64,000 nt of DNA from Escherichia coli 042 (GCF_000027125.1 NC_017626.1), one strand, 5' to 3'. Counted from the stretch's first letter, positions 9,136 through 26,752 are shown. Numbers and translations: made by a program. Notes: a model not told the origin generated them from the letters alone.

Positions 9136-9546
9136 ATGAAGTGGCAACAACGTGTTCGTGTCGCAACTGGTCTAAGTTGCTGGCAGATTATGTTGCATTT
9201 ACTGGTAGTGGCGCTGCTGGTGGTGGGCTGGATGAGTAAGACTCTGGTTCACGTCGGCGTGGGATTATGCGCACTGTATTGTGTCACGGTAGTGATGATG
9301 CTGGTGTTTCAGCGCCACCCCGAGCAACGCTGGCGTGAGGTGGCAGACGTGCTGGAAGAGCTGACTACGACCTGGTATTTTGGCGCAGCGCTGATTGTGC
9401 TGTGGCTGTTGTCCCGTGTACTGGAAAACAACTTTTTGCTGGCAATTGCAGGGCTGGCAATCCTTGCCGGCCCGGCGGTAGTGTCTTTGCTGGCGAAAGA
9501 TAAGAAGTTACATCACCTTACGTCTAAACATCGCGTACGCCGCTGA
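9136..9546 (+). CDS. ybhQ: Inner membrane protein YbhQ
   Basis: 136 aa hydrophobic ORF with GGAG RBS. Confidence 0.88.
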
Positions 9547-10614
9547 CCCTGTCGTGGCCGTTATCACCAGTAGCGGCCACAAACTATTCCACACAATATC
9601 CAGACTCGCATCCTTCAAATAAATCTGCTTGGTAATGTCCGTAAAGTGGCGAATAGGGTTAATCCACGTCAGGTTTTGCAGCCATACTGGCATGTTTTCC
9701 ACCGGCGAAACGTAACCGGAAAGGAGAATGGCGGGCATCATAAAAACAAACACGCCGATAAACGCCTGCTGTTGTGTCGAGCAGAGTGATGAAATCAACA
9801 GACCGAATCCCACCAGCGATAAACCGTAAATCACCATCGTAAAGTAGAACAGCGCCAGCGATCCGGCGAAGGGGATTTGATACGCCCAGATACCAATCGC
9901 CAGCACAATGGTGGCCTGGAAGGTGGCGACAATTAATGCCGGTACGGCCTTGCCGATGAATATCTGCCAGGTTGTGAGCGGCGAAACCAGTAACTGATCG
10001 AGCGTACCTTGTTCACGTTCGCGGGCAACAGAAAGTGAAGTGACGATCATCACGCCAATAGTGGTGATCATGGCGATCAGCGACGGCACCACAAACCATT
10101 TGTAGTCGAGATTCGGGTTATACCAGTTGCGTACCACCAGCTCGCTGTTGTTGGGTTTCGGTTTTCCTTCCAGCAGCTCCTGCTGATAATTTTTGACGAT
10201 CTGTTGCAGGTAGTTGGCGGCAATTTGCGCACTGTTGGAGTTACGCCCGTCGAGGATCAACTGCAACGGCGCGGTCTGGAAGGTATCCAGTTTGCGCGAG
10301 AAGTCAGCCGGGAAACGCACCAGGAGTAACGCCTTTTGTGTGTCGATGGTCGGGCGGATCTCCTGCGGGCTTTTCAGCAGCAGCACATGGGTAAAGGCGC
10401 TGGCGCGGGCAAAACGTTGAGTAAGTTCTACCGAGTGCTCGCCGTTATCTTCATCGTAGATGGCGATGGTGGCGTTGGTCACTTCCAGCGTGGCGGCGAA
10501 CGGGAACAGGATCACCTGAATCAGCACGGGTAAAATCAGAATTGCGCGGGTTTGCGGTTCGCGCAGCAGCGACTGCAACTCTTTGCGGATTAACGTCCAT
10601 AAGCGATGAAACAT
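9508..10614 (-). CDS. ybhR: ABC-2 family transporter permease YbhR
   Basis: 368 aa polytopic membrane protein; last gene of the ybhGFSR operon. Confidence 0.92.
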
Positions 10615-10624
10615 GCTCTTCTCC

Positions 10625-11750
10625 CTAATCCAGCCGACGTTTGGTTTTCAGCCACGTCAGGCCGATAAACATCACCGCCGAAGCGATCAAAAACAGCACG
10701 TTCACCACCAGTACCACCGGAATATTCCCGGCGAGGAACAGGCTTTGCAGGGTGCTGACGAAATAACGTGCGGGAATAATGTACGTCACCGCGCGGATCA
10801 CCGCGGGCATACTGTCTATCTGAAATATAAAGCCGGAAAGCATAATCGACGGCAGAAAAGCCGCGTTCAGGGCCACCTGAGCGGCGTTGAACTGGTTGCG
10901 GGTAATCGTGGAAATCAGCAGCCCCATCCCCAGGGTACTGAGTAAAAACAGGCTGGAGATAAAAAACAGAATCAGCAGCGACCCGCGATACGGCACGCCG
11001 AGAATAAACACCGACACCAGCATACACAGCAACATCGCCAGCATCCCGAGAAAGTAATAAGGGATCAGCTTACACAGCAGCAGCTCCGTGCGGGTAATCT
11101 CCGTAGAGAGCAAAGCCTCCATGGTGCCGCGTTCCCATTCTCGCGCCACCACCAGCGAGGTGAGAATCGCGCCGATGACCGTCATGATAATGGTCACCGC
11201 ACCGGGGATAATAAAGTGCTGGCTTATCGCCGCCGGGTTAAACCAGTAGCGGGTTTGTACATCAATAAGCGGTTCAAAAGTCTGCCCGTTATCCTCCGCG
11301 CGCTGCATTTGCCAGATCTGCCAGATCCCTTCGACATACCCCTGCACAAAGTTAGCGGTATTCGGCTCACTGCCGTCGGTGATCACCTGAATCGGTGCGG
11401 TGGCGTTGGCGCGCTCCATCTGTTCGGCGAAATCCACCGGAATAACCACCAGACCGCGAATTTTCCCCGCCTGCATTTTGGCGATCAGTTCCTGACGGTT
11501 ATCGCTGATGGTGGCGTCGATGTAGGGCGAACCGGTCATGGTGTGGGTGAAATCCAGCGCCGCTTCGCTACGCTGTTCCAGTAAAATCCCGACGCGCAGC
11601 TTGCTGGAGTCGAGGTTAATGCCGTATCCAAAAATAAACAGCAGTAGCAGTGGGATCACTACCGCAATCAGCCAGCTACTCGGATCGCGAACGATCTGCC
11701 GTGTCTCTTTGACGCACAGCGCCCGCACGCGACGCCAGGACAGGATCGGA

Positions 11751-11758
<8 letters not shown>
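10625..11758 (-). CDS. ybhS: ABC-2 family transporter permease YbhS
   Basis: 377 aa, paralogous to YbhR; start overlaps the ybhF stop. Confidence 0.92.
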
Positions 11759-15149
<3,391 letters not shown>

Positions 15150-15377
15150 CGCACAGTCCATTCTTAATCAAATGATTGATTAAGATTATGACTCCATATG
15201 GGAGTTGTCCAGTATGGCTAAGAATTTTAGCAACGCCAGTCACAGGGATAATTTATGCGCTGCGTCACAAAAACTGCTACACTCCGCTCCCTCATGACAT
15301 TGTGGTTTTTGTCATTTTCCTTTTCAGTATCTCCCTGAAAACTACACCGGTAACGGTCGGGGCGGTTCGGAGTAGTT

Positions 15378-16742
15378 ATGTCTTTCGATTCTTTGGGTTT
15401 AAGCCCTGATATCCTGCGCGCCGTTGCCGAGCAGGGTTACCGTGAACCCACCCCTATTCAGCAGCAGGCGATCCCTGCGGTGCTGGAAGGCCGCGACCTG
15501 ATGGCCAGTGCCCAGACCGGCACCGGCAAAACAGCGGGCTTTACGCTGCCGCTGTTGCAACACCTGATCACTCGCCAGCCGCACGCCAAAGGGCGTCGTC
15601 CGGTACGTGCGCTCATTCTTACCCCGACCCGTGAACTGGCTGCGCAGATTGGCGAAAACGTCCGTGATTACAGCAAATACCTGAACATTCGTTCGCTGGT
15701 GGTGTTTGGTGGTGTGAGTATTAACCCGCAGATGATGAAACTGCGTGGCGGCGTTGATGTGCTGGTGGCAACGCCGGGACGTTTGCTGGACCTGGAACAT
15801 CAGAATGCAGTGAAGCTGGATCAGGTTGAAATTCTCGTCCTCGATGAAGCTGACCGCATGCTCGATATGGGCTTTATCCACGATATCCGTCGTGTGTTGA
15901 CTAAGCTGCCAGCGAAGCGCCAGAACCTGTTGTTCTCCGCCACTTTCTCTGACGATATTAAAAACCTGGCGGAAAAACTGCTGCACAACCCGCTGGAAAT
16001 CGAAGTGTCACGCCGCAATACCGCGTCTGATCAGGTGACCCAGCATGTTCACTTTGTTGATAAGAAACGCAAACGCGAATTGCTGTCGCACATGATTGGG
16101 AAAGGGAACTGGCAGCAGGTGCTGGTGTTTACCCGTACCAAACACGGCGCTAACCATCTGGCGGAACAGCTCAATAAAGATGGCATCCGTAGTGCGGCGA
16201 TCCACGGTAATAAATCGCAAGGTGCGCGTACCCGTGCGCTGGCTGATTTTAAATCGGGCGATATTCGTGTACTGGTGGCAACTGACATCGCTGCGCGCGG
16301 TCTGGATATCGAAGAGTTGCCGCACGTCGTCAACTATGAACTGCCAAACGTACCGGAAGATTATGTCCACCGTATCGGGCGTACCGGTCGTGCGGCTGCT
16401 ACCGGTGAAGCGTTGTCGCTGGTGTGTGTTGATGAACACAAACTGCTGCGTGATATCGAAAAACTGCTGAAAAAAGAGATCCCGCGCATTGCGATTCCGG
16501 GCTATGAGCCGGACCCGTCAATCAAAGCCGAACCGATCCAGAACGGTCGCCAGCAACGTGGCGGCGGCGGTCGTGGGCAAGGTGGTGGTCGCGGTCAACA
16601 GCAACCACGCCGTGGAGAAGGTGGCGCAAAATCTGCAAGCGCTAAACCTGGAGAAAAACCGTCTCGTCGCCTCGGCGATGCCAAACCGGCAGGCGAACAA
16701 CAACGTCGCCGCCGTCCGCGTAAACCTGCCGCTGCGCAGTAA
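15378..16742 (+). CDS. rhlE: ATP-dependent RNA helicase RhlE (DEAD-box)
   Basis: AQTGTGKT Walker A, DEAD box, SAT motif, Arg/Gly-rich C-terminal tail; 454 aa. Confidence 0.95.
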   Translation: MSFDSLGLSPDILRAVAEQGYREPTPIQQQAIPAVLEGRDLMASAQTGTGKTAGFTLPLLQHLITRQPHAKGRRPVRALILTPTRELAAQIGENVRDYSKYLNIRSLVVFGGVSINPQMMKLRGGVDVLVATPGRLLDLEHQNAVKLDQVEILVLDEADRMLDMGFIHDIRRVLTKLPAKRQNLLFSATFSDDIKNLAEKLLHNPLEIEVSRRNTASDQVTQHVHFVDKKRKRELLSHMIGKGNWQQVLVFTRTKHGANHLAEQLNKDGIRSAAIHGNKSQGARTRALADFKSGDIRVLVATDIAARGLDIEELPHVVNYELPNVPEDYVHRIGRTGRAAATGEALSLVCVDEHKLLRDIEKLLKKEIPRIAIPGYEPDPSIKAEPIQNGRQQRGGGGRGQGGGRGQQQPRRGEGGAKSASAKPGEKPSRRLGDAKPAGEQQRRRRPRKPAAAQ

Positions 16743-16780
16743 TCTTTTGATGCCGGGCTATGCCCGGCAACTGAGCCTGA

Positions 16781-16926
16781 TGGCAAACGCAAAACTGCCT
16801 GATGCGCTACGCTTATCAGGCCTACATGAACTCTGCAATATATTGAATTTGCATGCTTTTGTAGGCCGGATAAGGCGTTTGCGCCGCATCCGGCATTTCA
16901 CAACAAGCACTTGTCAGCAATTTGAG
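16781..16926. repeat. BIME (pair of inverted REP elements) between rhlE and ybiA
   Basis: gcctgatgcgctacgcttatcaggcctac and gtaggccggataaggcgtttgcgccgcatccggcat; near-copy of the element at 42021-42164. Confidence 0.65.
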
Positions 16927-16977
16927 AACGCGGCAAAAAGATTTCTCTGTTTTATCGCCCATAAGTCACCCGAGATG

Positions 16978-17460
16978 TTACTTCTCTATAGCCAATTGTT
17001 CACGCAACTCCATTAAAAGGTAGCCCAGTCGATTCTTGCCCTTACCATTACCACCGTCTCCCCAGTAAGCATCATTTTCCGTATGCTCAACCAGTTTTGC
17101 GGACGCGGTTGCCAGCAAGAGCGCACGCAGTTCTGCATGTTGTTCGAATTTAGCGCGAAGCGCTTTTCGCATCACCTGTTCTTTGACCGACTCCCAGTTT
17201 TTACGAAGTGGCTTGGAACGATCACGCCCCATGCGAGCGGCGACCATAGGGGAAGAAACCCGACGGATCTCTTCGCGGTATTTTTCATCAAGGAATTTTT
17301 GTGCCTGGAAATAGTGTTCTGAGGTGGGCCAGGTTTTCCCGTCAACCTTAATGGGCCAGGCGGCAAAGTTAGAAAAATCACCGTAGTCATCGCCGGTGCT
17401 GTAGAAATTTATGGTGGTGTCTTGCATGACGTGTTGGATCCTTTGTGCTCGAACGGGCAT
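16978..17460 (-). CDS. ybiA: N-glycosidase YbiA (DUF1768 family)
   Basis: 160 aa ORF with the sequence and position expected for ybiA. Confidence 0.9.
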   Translation of the reverse strand: MPVRAQRIQHVMQDTTINFYSTGDDYGDFSNFAAWPIKVDGKTWPTSEHYFQAQKFLDEKYREEIRRVSSPMVAARMGRDRSKPLRKNWESVKEQVMRKALRAKFEQHAELRALLLATASAKLVEHTENDAYWGDGGNGKGKNRLGYLLMELREQLAIEK

Positions 17461-17545
17461 TAAACCGCATTATGTTGGTGGTTATTGCGAGTCGCTTTCC
17501 AGAAACAGAAAAACCATTACCCCTGAAAACCGAAAAATGCCACAA

Positions 17546-17565
17546 TATTGGCTGTTTATACAGTA
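17546..17565 (+). promoter_or_regulatory. LexA (SOS) box of dinG
   Basis: tattggctgtttatacagta, CTG-N8-CAG-type operator about 15 bp upstream of the dinG start. Confidence 0.6.
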
Positions 17566-17579
17566 TTTCAGGTTTTCTC

Positions 17580-19730
17580 ATGGCATTAACCGCCGCGCTT
17601 AAAGCGCAAATTGCCGCCTGGTATAAGGCGCTTCAGGAACAGATCCCCGACTTTATTCCCCGTGCGCCGCAGCGGCAGATGATTGCGGACGTCGCCAAAA
17701 CGCTGGCCGGAGAAGAAGGGCGGCATCTGGCGATTGAAGCTCCCACCGGCGTTGGGAAAACGCTCTCCTATTTGATCCCCGGCATCGCCATTGCCCGCGA
17801 AGAGCAAAAAACGCTGGTGGTGAGTACCGCCAACGTGGCGTTGCAGGATCAGATTTACAGCAAAGATTTACCGCTGCTGAAAAAGATCATTCCCGATCTT
17901 AAATTCACTGCCGCTTTTGGGCGTGGGCGCTACGTTTGCCCGCGTAATCTGACGGCGCTTGCCAGTACTGAACCCACGCAACAGGATCTGCTGGCGTTTC
18001 TTGACGACGAACTGACGCCAAATAATCAGGAAGAGCAAAAACGTTGTGCGAAACTTAAGGGCGATCTCGATACTTATAAATGGGATGGTCTGCGCGATCA
18101 TACGGATATTGCTATAGATGACGATCTCTGGCGTCGTTTAAGTACCGACAAAGCCAGCTGCCTCAACCGCAACTGTTATTACTATCGCGAATGCCCGTTT
18201 TTTGTCGCTCGTCGGGAGATTCAGGAAGCGGAAGTGGTGGTGGCAAACCATGCGCTGGTGATGGCGGCGATGGAAAGCGAAGCCGTATTGCCTGACCCGA
18301 AAAATTTACTGCTGGTGCTGGACGAAGGTCATCACCTGCCGGATGTGGCGCGGGATGCGCTGGAGATGAGCGCCGAAATCACCGCGCCCTGGTATCGGCT
18401 GCAACTGGACTTGTTCACGAAACTGGTCGCTACCTGTATGGAGCAGTTTCGCCCGAAGACCATCCCACCGCTGGCGATCCCCGAGCGTTTGAATGCGCAT
18501 TGTGAAGAGTTGTATGAGCTTATCGCCTCGTTAAACAACATTCTCAATCTCTACATGCCTGCCGGGCAGGAGGCAGAACACCGTTTTGCGATGGGCGAAC
18601 TACCTGATGAAGTGCTGGAGATCTGCCAGCGGCTGGCAAAACTCACCGAGATGCTGCGTGGTCTGGCGGAGTTATTTCTTAACGATTTAAGTGAGAAAAC
18701 CGGCAGCCATGACATTGTACGTCTGCATCGGTTGATTTTGCAGATGAACCGCGCGCTGGGGATGTTCGAGGCGCAAAGCAAACTCTGGCGGCTGGCGTCT
18801 CTGGCGCAATCTTCCGGTGCGCCGGTGACCAAATGGGCGACGCGGGAAGAGCGCGAAGGGCAGCTACATCTCTGGTTTCACTGTGTGGGTATTCGTGTCA
18901 GCGATCAGCTGGAAAGGCTGCTGTGGCGCAGTATTCCGCACATTATTATCACTTCCGCGACCTTACGTTCGCTGAACAGTTTTTCGCGTTTGCAGGAGAT
19001 GAGCGGGCTGAAAGAGAAAGCGGGCGACCGTTTTGTGGCGCTGGATTCCCCCTTTAACCACTGCGAACAGGGCAAAATTGTTATTCCCCGGATGCGCGTT
19101 GAGCCTTCCATCGACAACGAAGAGCAGCACATTGCTGAAATGGCAGCCTTTTTCCGTGAGCAGGTGGAGAGCAAAAAACATCTCGGTATGTTGGTACTGT
19201 TTGCCAGCGGACGGGCGATGCAGCGGTTTCTCGACTATGTGACGGATTTACGCCTGATGTTGCTGGTGCAGGGCGATCAGCCGCGTTATCGCTTAGTTGA
19301 ACTGCACCGCAAACGCGTTGCCAACGGTGAGCGTAGTGTGCTGGTGGGCTTACAGTCCTTTGCCGAAGGACTTGATTTGAAAGGTGATCTGCTCAGCCAG
19401 GTGCATATCCACAAAATCGCTTTTCCGCCCATCGACAGCCCGGTGGTGATCACCGAAGGGGAATGGCTGAAAAGCCTCAACCGCTATCCGTTTGAGGTGC
19501 AAAGCCTGCCGAGTGCCTCGTTTAACCTGATTCAGCAGGTTGGGCGACTGATTCGAAGCCACGGTTGCTGGGGCGAAGTGGTGATTTACGATAAACGCTT
19601 GCTCACCAAAAACTACGGCAAGCGGCTACTGGATGCATTACCGGTATTTCCGATAGAGCAACCGGAAGTCCCTGAAGGTATAGTTAAAAAGAAAGAAAAA
19701 ACGAAATCCCCACGCCGTCGGCGGCGTTAA
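17580..19730 (+). CDS. dinG: ATP-dependent DNA helicase DinG
   Basis: 716 aa from ATG 17580 (MALTAALKAQ...); APTGVGKT Walker A and DEGHHL box; the ORF-track start at 17445 is an extension. Confidence 0.95.
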   Translation: MALTAALKAQIAAWYKALQEQIPDFIPRAPQRQMIADVAKTLAGEEGRHLAIEAPTGVGKTLSYLIPGIAIAREEQKTLVVSTANVALQDQIYSKDLPLLKKIIPDLKFTAAFGRGRYVCPRNLTALASTEPTQQDLLAFLDDELTPNNQEEQKRCAKLKGDLDTYKWDGLRDHTDIAIDDDLWRRLSTDKASCLNRNCYYYRECPFFVARREIQEAEVVVANHALVMAAMESEAVLPDPKNLLLVLDEGHHLPDVARDALEMSAEITAPWYRLQLDLFTKLVATCMEQFRPKTIPPLAIPERLNAHCEELYELIASLNNILNLYMPAGQEAEHRFAMGELPDEVLEICQRLAKLTEMLRGLAELFLNDLSEKTGSHDIVRLHRLILQMNRALGMFEAQSKLWRLASLAQSSGAPVTKWATREEREGQLHLWFHCVGIRVSDQLERLLWRSIPHIIITSATLRSLNSFSRLQEMSGLKEKAGDRFVALDSPFNHCEQGKIVIPRMRVEPSIDNEEQHIAEMAAFFREQVESKKHLGMLVLFASGRAMQRFLDYVTDLRLMLLVQGDQPRYRLVELHRKRVANGERSVLVGLQSFAEGLDLKGDLLSQVHIHKIAFPPIDSPVVITEGEWLKSLNRYPFEVQSLPSASFNLIQQVGRLIRSHGCWGEVVIYDKRLLTKNYGKRLLDALPVFPIEQPEVPEGIVKKKEKTKSPRRRRR

Positions 19731-19757
19731 TGATGTGAGTCAGGTAAGGAGTCGTAA

Positions 19758-21944
<2,187 letters not shown>

Positions 21945-21946
<2 letters not shown>

Positions 21947-21974
21947 AAAAAAGCCCGTCCAGTGGCGGACGGGC
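21945..21974 (-). terminator. Hairpin terminator, functional orientation minus strand (downstream of ybiJ)
   Basis: Stem gcccgtcc...ggacgggc preceded on the plus strand by an A8 run, which is a T-run on the minus strand. Confidence 0.5.
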
Positions 21975-22085
21975 AAACAAGGGTAACATAGGATCAATGA
22001 GGGTTAGAGCATATGCGTCTGTCGGCAAACAGACAGGGAAATACTTGTGCTGGACGTAGCGTAAACGCCTGATCCGGCTTACGAA

Positions 22086-22346
22086 TTACTTATAAATTAC
22101 CGCAGTACCGCTTAATTTATTGTTGTTGGTGGCAGAAGTGATGCTGTATCCACTCGCCCCAGCTGCCGCAGCTTTCTCAGCCAGTTTCGCTTCCAGGGCA
22201 TCGAGGGTGGATGCGCCATCGGCAGAAACCACGCCGATTTTATTCATGTTCTGTGCCTGGGATGCCGTTACCGGTTCCGCGGCAAACACGCCAAATGACA
22301 GAGTTGAAAGAGCCATAGCAGCAACAACAGTATTTATAGTTTTCAT
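22086..22346 (-). CDS. ybiJ: DUF1471 (YdgH/BhsA/McbA family) periplasmic protein YbiJ
   Basis: 86 aa with signal peptide; paralogous to mcbA at 26217-26477. Confidence 0.9.
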   Translation of the reverse strand: MKTINTVVAAMALSTLSFGVFAAEPVTASQAQNMNKIGVVSADGASTLDALEAKLAEKAAAAGASGYSITSATNNNKLSGTAVIYK

Positions 22347-22610
22347 AATTAATCTCTCGCAGGTGATTTTTGTATAAGTGACGTTGTTTCGTCGAGGTGA
22401 TGAGTATCACGTTTTTTTTCGAGAGATAAAATCGAAGAGAATTGACCGCCTTGTTCAAATAAATTGATTGATATCTAACGTACTGATAATCCATTTATTT
22501 GTTGAACTTATGGACTTGTTTTATGCAGCGTGGCAGTCACGACAGCGTTAAAGGCACGGAATGCCACGCAAAATAAAAATTATACTCGCTATACATCCCG
22601 CCAGTTGTAG

Positions 22611-22877
22611 TTAACGTAACTGGCTGTCTTTCGAACCTCTGCGATTATATCCTGTATAAGCTGGTTTTTGTAAATCTTTCTCCTGCTGACAATGAATGCA
22701 TAAGCGCACGCCAGGAATGGCTTCCCGACGGGCCTGCGGGATAGGTGCGCCGCACTCTTCACATTCATACAGGCTTTCACCACGCGGAATTTCACCCCGA
22801 GCGCGGGCAATCGCATCTTCAATTGTACTGTTGATCTGTTCGTTGACGGCGTCATCGTTAGCCCAACCGGATGCCAT
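22611..22877 (-). CDS. ybiI: DksA/TraR-family C4 zinc-finger protein YbiI
   Basis: 88 aa; CxxC-N17-CxxC (CEECG...CIHCQ). Confidence 0.9.
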   Translation of the reverse strand: MASGWANDDAVNEQINSTIEDAIARARGEIPRGESLYECEECGAPIPQARREAIPGVRLCIHCQQEKDLQKPAYTGYNRRGSKDSQLR

Positions 22878-22950
22878 ATCGTCCTCCCCATATCAATACT
22901 TGTACAGTTAAGTGTAGCTAATATAGGGACGAACTCGGGCAGTTCAAGCG

Positions 22951-23628
22951 TCAGATCTCCGACCATTCCCGCAGCAGATTATGATAAAGATTGAGCAGCG
23001 ACAGGATCTCTTCACTTTCGCCGTAGCGGCTTTTCAGCGACTGAATATTGTTGTCCAGTTCAAACAGCATGGTGCGCTTTTTATCATCGCGGATCATCGA
23101 CTGGATCCACATAAATGATGCCACTCGTACGCCGCGGGTTACGGGCGTCACGCAATGCAGGCTGCTGGAGGGATACAACACCAGATCGCCTGCCGGAAGT
23201 TTTACCCGATGTTGCCCGAAGGTGTCATTAACGACCAGTTCGCCGCCGTCGTAGCTTTGTGGATCGCTTAAAAACAGCGTGGCAGAAAGGTCAGTGCGCA
23301 TCCAGCCGTTTTGTGGGTGACTGCGTACTGCGCCATCCACATGAAAACCATAGGTTTCATTGTTCTGATAGCGATTAAACAGCGGCGTGGAAAGGGTACG
23401 CGGTAAGGCCGCGGCAAAGAACAAAGCATGTTGGTTAACCGCGTTCAGCACCTCATTTTGCAGGGCGGCGTATAACGTGCTGCGGGTGTCTACCTGTTGA
23501 TTGTTCTTAACTTGCGCACCTTGTGCGCCGGTGGTGACGCGTCCATCCACCCATTCGGCTTGTTCCAGTTGTTCGCGAAAACGGGCGACGTCCTGTGGCG
23601 ATAGCACGCCGGGAATGTGGTACATCAT
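22951..23628 (-). CDS. ybiX: PKHD-type Fe(II)/2-oxoglutarate-dependent hydroxylase YbiX
   Basis: 225 aa from ATG 23628 (MMYHIPGV...), GGAG RBS; immediately downstream of fiu. Confidence 0.9.
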   Translation of the reverse strand: MMYHIPGVLSPQDVARFREQLEQAEWVDGRVTTGAQGAQVKNNQQVDTRSTLYAALQNEVLNAVNQHALFFAAALPRTLSTPLFNRYQNNETYGFHVDGAVRSHPQNGWMRTDLSATLFLSDPQSYDGGELVVNDTFGQHRVKLPAGDLVLYPSSSLHCVTPVTRGVRVASFMWIQSMIRDDKKRTMLFELDNNIQSLKSRYGESEEILSLLNLYHNLLREWSEI

Positions 23629-23669
23629 ACAAGTTCTCCAAAAAGTGGGGCCTGCGCCCCACATCTCAA

Positions 23670-25952
23670 TCAGAAATGCATATTGGCCGTGAGCAGGAAG
23701 GTTCTTGGCTCGCCCGGGTGATAACGGTAGCCGCTCTTGTTGATTGAGGCGACGTAATCGGTATCAAACAGGTTGTAGACGTTTAGCTGGAAGTCGAGAT
23801 TGCGATTAACCCGATACCCCAGTTTAGCGTCGGCGACCCAGTAACCTTCGGTAAACGCTGGCGTTCCCACCGCGCCGTCAGAACCTTTATGCATACTGCC
23901 GATATAGCGTGCGCCCGCACCAACGGAAATATCATCGGTTGCCTGATACTGGCTCCATAAGGTAAAGGCGTGCTCCGGGGTATACGGCAGCGATGAGGAA
24001 CCATCCTGGGCAACATCTTTGCCGTTTTTGATGGTTGCTTTTTGCTGGGTATAGCCGCCAATCACCTGCCACGCGGGAGTGATATTCCCGGCCACGGATA
24101 TCTCATAGCCTTCGACGCGTTTCTTACCGTATTGCGAGTAAGTTCCGTCATCATTTTGCTCAACTTCATTTTCGATATCAGTACGGAACAGCGCGGCGGT
24201 GAGCAACAGGCGTTTATCCAGAACCTGCCATTTGGTGCCAATCTCGCTGGTGTTGGCTTTTTGCGGTTTAAAATCGGTGCGGTTGGCACTGTTACCGCTG
24301 CCAGACTGCGCAAGGGCGAAGTTGTTGCCGCCCGGAGGTTGCTGGGAAACGGCATAGTTAATATAGACATTGCCGTTTTCCGTCAGGTGATACAGCGCCC
24401 CGGCTTTCCAGTTCACCAGATTGCCCGACTTAGCGGTATCGACGGTGGTGACCGGAGAACCTTTTGCCATGCCAGCAGGGCAGGTGATGGCACCGCGTCC
24501 GCTGCCGCCGCAGGCGGTGGCACTGTCATATTCAGTATGATAATTATCCAGACGGATCCCGCCGTTCAGCTCAAAATCACGGGTGATTTGCAGCGTATCG
24601 AAGGCGTAAATTGCGAAGGTATCCGTCTGACCATTGGCGTTTGCGCCGTTGCGCGTCAGGCCGCCGGGATGAATGCTGCTGTCAGGATGATAAATATTTA
24701 CCGCAGGTAACGTCACCGGATTAACGCCGTAGTTAGTCTGCGTTTCACGGGTAAATTCCACGCCGGTACTGACATCATGACCGATAGAACCGGTATAGAA
24801 CGTCGAGGTCAGGTTGGTCTGGTTGGTGAGAATTTTATTACTCACATCTTTGGTATTCGCCGTGCGTGACCAGGTCCAGCTATTCACATCGCTGGTGGGC
24901 TGGGTAATATTCGACGCCCCGCCCATAATCGCCGTCATCAGGTAATCCTGCTTCACGCGCGACCAACGGGTAGTATTGCGAATGGTGGTGTTATCGTTGA
25001 TGTCGTGCTCAAAACGCATGGTAGCGGTGTCGGTGGTCGAATCGTCGTAATCGGAATCCGTGCCGTAAAAGTTATGAGTATCAACTTTTCCGGAATGATT
25101 CAGGGCCGCTGTTCCCGCAGATGGGGCAGAATAGCCCGGCAAACCGATAGTCGGAATGCCACCGTCTGGCGTGTTGTGCTGGGTGACATGCAGATAATTA
25201 AGATACAAACGATTCGCTGTACCAAGGCCAAAAGCGACAGAAGGGGCGACGCCGTAACGCTCATTTTTGACTTTGTCGCGTCCGGCATCGTGCGTTTTTT
25301 CACCCATCACGTTCAGGCGCACCGCAGTGGTATCACCAATGACCTGATTGACGTCCAGCGTGCCGCGGCGGAACCAGGCGCTGCCAATACTGGCGGAGGC
25401 GTCAATGCCCGAATCATTGCGCGGCTGCTTGCTGATCATATTGATCGAGCCCGTCGGTGCGCTGCGCCCGTAGTCGGTGCCGGACGGCCCTTTAATCACT
25501 TCGACCTGCTCGGTATTGAAGGTGTCGCGCGAGACGCTGCCGATATCGCGAATGCCATCAATATAAATACTGTTAGAGGTATCGGCACCACGCATATAAA
25601 TGGCGTCGCCAGTGGTGGAGTTACCGTTCTCACCCGCAAAAAACGCACCCACGCCGGGGACGTTTTTGAGCGCGTCGGTAAGGTTGGTTGCGCCCTGATC
25701 TTTAATCACTTGTTCAGAAATCACCGTCATCGTGCGGGTAGTATCCGCTACCGGACGCGAGAATTTCGGATCAGCAGATTGTTGTGGCGCATAAAGCGAA
25801 GGCGTTGATGCTTCGACAACCAGCGTGTCATCCGCGTTAGCTTGCCCTTCGGCGGCGAGTGCCTGAGCCACAGGCGTGATGCTAATACAAAGACCAGCAA
25901 AGAACGTGAGCGAATGAAATTGTCTGGCAGGGAAATTGCGATTGTTTTCCAT
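23670..25952 (-). CDS. fiu: TonB-dependent catecholate siderophore receptor Fiu
   Basis: 760 aa; signal peptide; C-terminal beta-barrel ending in aromatic residue (…NMHF). Confidence 0.95.
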   Translation of the reverse strand: MENNRNFPARQFHSLTFFAGLCISITPVAQALAAEGQANADDTLVVEASTPSLYAPQQSADPKFSRPVADTTRTMTVISEQVIKDQGATNLTDALKNVPGVGAFFAGENGNSTTGDAIYMRGADTSNSIYIDGIRDIGSVSRDTFNTEQVEVIKGPSGTDYGRSAPTGSINMISKQPRNDSGIDASASIGSAWFRRGTLDVNQVIGDTTAVRLNVMGEKTHDAGRDKVKNERYGVAPSVAFGLGTANRLYLNYLHVTQHNTPDGGIPTIGLPGYSAPSAGTAALNHSGKVDTHNFYGTDSDYDDSTTDTATMRFEHDINDNTTIRNTTRWSRVKQDYLMTAIMGGASNITQPTSDVNSWTWSRTANTKDVSNKILTNQTNLTSTFYTGSIGHDVSTGVEFTRETQTNYGVNPVTLPAVNIYHPDSSIHPGGLTRNGANANGQTDTFAIYAFDTLQITRDFELNGGIRLDNYHTEYDSATACGGSGRGAITCPAGMAKGSPVTTVDTAKSGNLVNWKAGALYHLTENGNVYINYAVSQQPPGGNNFALAQSGSGNSANRTDFKPQKANTSEIGTKWQVLDKRLLLTAALFRTDIENEVEQNDDGTYSQYGKKRVEGYEISVAGNITPAWQVIGGYTQQKATIKNGKDVAQDGSSSLPYTPEHAFTLWSQYQATDDISVGAGARYIGSMHKGSDGAVGTPAFTEGYWVADAKLGYRVNRNLDFQLNVYNLFDTDYVASINKSGYRYHPGEPRTFLLTANMHF

Positions 25953-26056
25953 TTTGCAGGTGACTTTTTCTTATATGTTGAAATTTTCACTGTCACGAGA
26001 AAGCCTCTCTGCGGATGCGATGCCACTGTTAATCTCGTGATAGCGTTCGTGCAAGT

Positions 26057-26082
26057 GATAATAATTTTGATAAGCATTATCA
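26057..26082 (-). promoter_or_regulatory. Fur box in the fiu promoter
   Basis: Minus strand reads gataatgcttatcaaaattattatc, matching the GATAATGATAATCATTATC consensus. Confidence 0.6.
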
Positions 26083-26165
26083 CTTGGCGCGATTTTCTAT
26101 CACCCATTGCGCGAAAAAGAAATACATTTATTTACATTGCGTTCATATTTGATGTTTTTTGATTA

Positions 26166-26203
26166 CAAAACAGGCGAAAACTGCATCCAGAGGCGAATGC
26201 AGT
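26166..26203 (-). terminator. Candidate terminator downstream of mcbA
   Basis: Hairpin ctgcatccagaggcgaatgcag with a T-rich tract on the minus strand. Confidence 0.4.
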
Positions 26204-26216
26204 TACGTTGGTGGGG

Positions 26217-26477
26217 TTATTTGTAGATGGTTGCAGTACCGAACATCTGGTCATTTCCGCCCGCGGAATTAATGACATAACCTTTCGCGCCTTGCTCGCG
26301 CGCTTTTTCTGCCAGTTTATCCTCCAGATCGCTTAGGTTTGATGCGCCAGTTGCCGAAACGGTACCGGCGGGCCGTAGCTGACCGCTGTCCAGGTTACTC
26401 ATCGGTTGCGCGGCATAAGCCGTGAGAGAGATTCCGCTCAGGACGGTGGCAATCAGTAGTGTGAGGCACTTTTTCAT
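26217..26477 (-). CDS. mcbA: Colanic acid/biofilm regulator McbA (YbiM, DUF1471)
   Basis: 86 aa from ATG 26477 (MKKCLTLL...), GAGGA RBS, signal peptide; the ORF-track start at 26621 is an extension. Confidence 0.9.
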   Translation of the reverse strand: MKKCLTLLIATVLSGISLTAYAAQPMSNLDSGQLRPAGTVSATGASNLSDLEDKLAEKAREQGAKGYVINSAGGNDQMFGTATIYK

Positions 26478-26752
26478 AATGACATCCTCATAAATACAAC
26501 GGGTAGTGCCTGATAAGTGTAGGTCGCCTGGACGAGGAAAATGACGCAAAAAATTGACAGAGATGTGCTTGTTTTTTGAACGATATATTTTTACAAAATA
26601 AGACAAATCAATAACATGCATGATGCTGATTTTTATGGTGAATTGCCATAAACCATAGTCATGTTAAGGTTTTTGGGAATGATAAACGCAGCCAGATATT
26701 TACCCTGTCGCGTTATGCGGGTATCTTACGCCGCTGCTTAAAGGAGAATGCT

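Noticed and set aside
16748-16772. Hairpin directly after the rhlE stop as a separate intrinsic terminator.
   Set aside because: GC stem but no following T-run; better treated as part of the adjacent REP/BIME cluster.
17445-17579. Long N-terminal extensions in the ORF track for dinG (also gsiA 51838, gsiB 53570, mcbA 26621, dps 33455, ybhL 2357, fsaA 47984).
   Set aside because: Upstream in-frame ATGs lack RBSs and would run through promoter or operator sequence; the shorter starts match expected lengths and have RBSs.
22589-22966. 125-aa ORF overlapping ybiI in another frame.
   Set aside because: ybiI has the zinc-finger motif and the expected size; the alternative frame has no support.
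25005-25808. 267-aa plus-strand ORF inside fiu (also 24042-24710).
   Set aside because: Lies entirely antisense within the fiu CDS; Arg/Gly-rich shadow frame.
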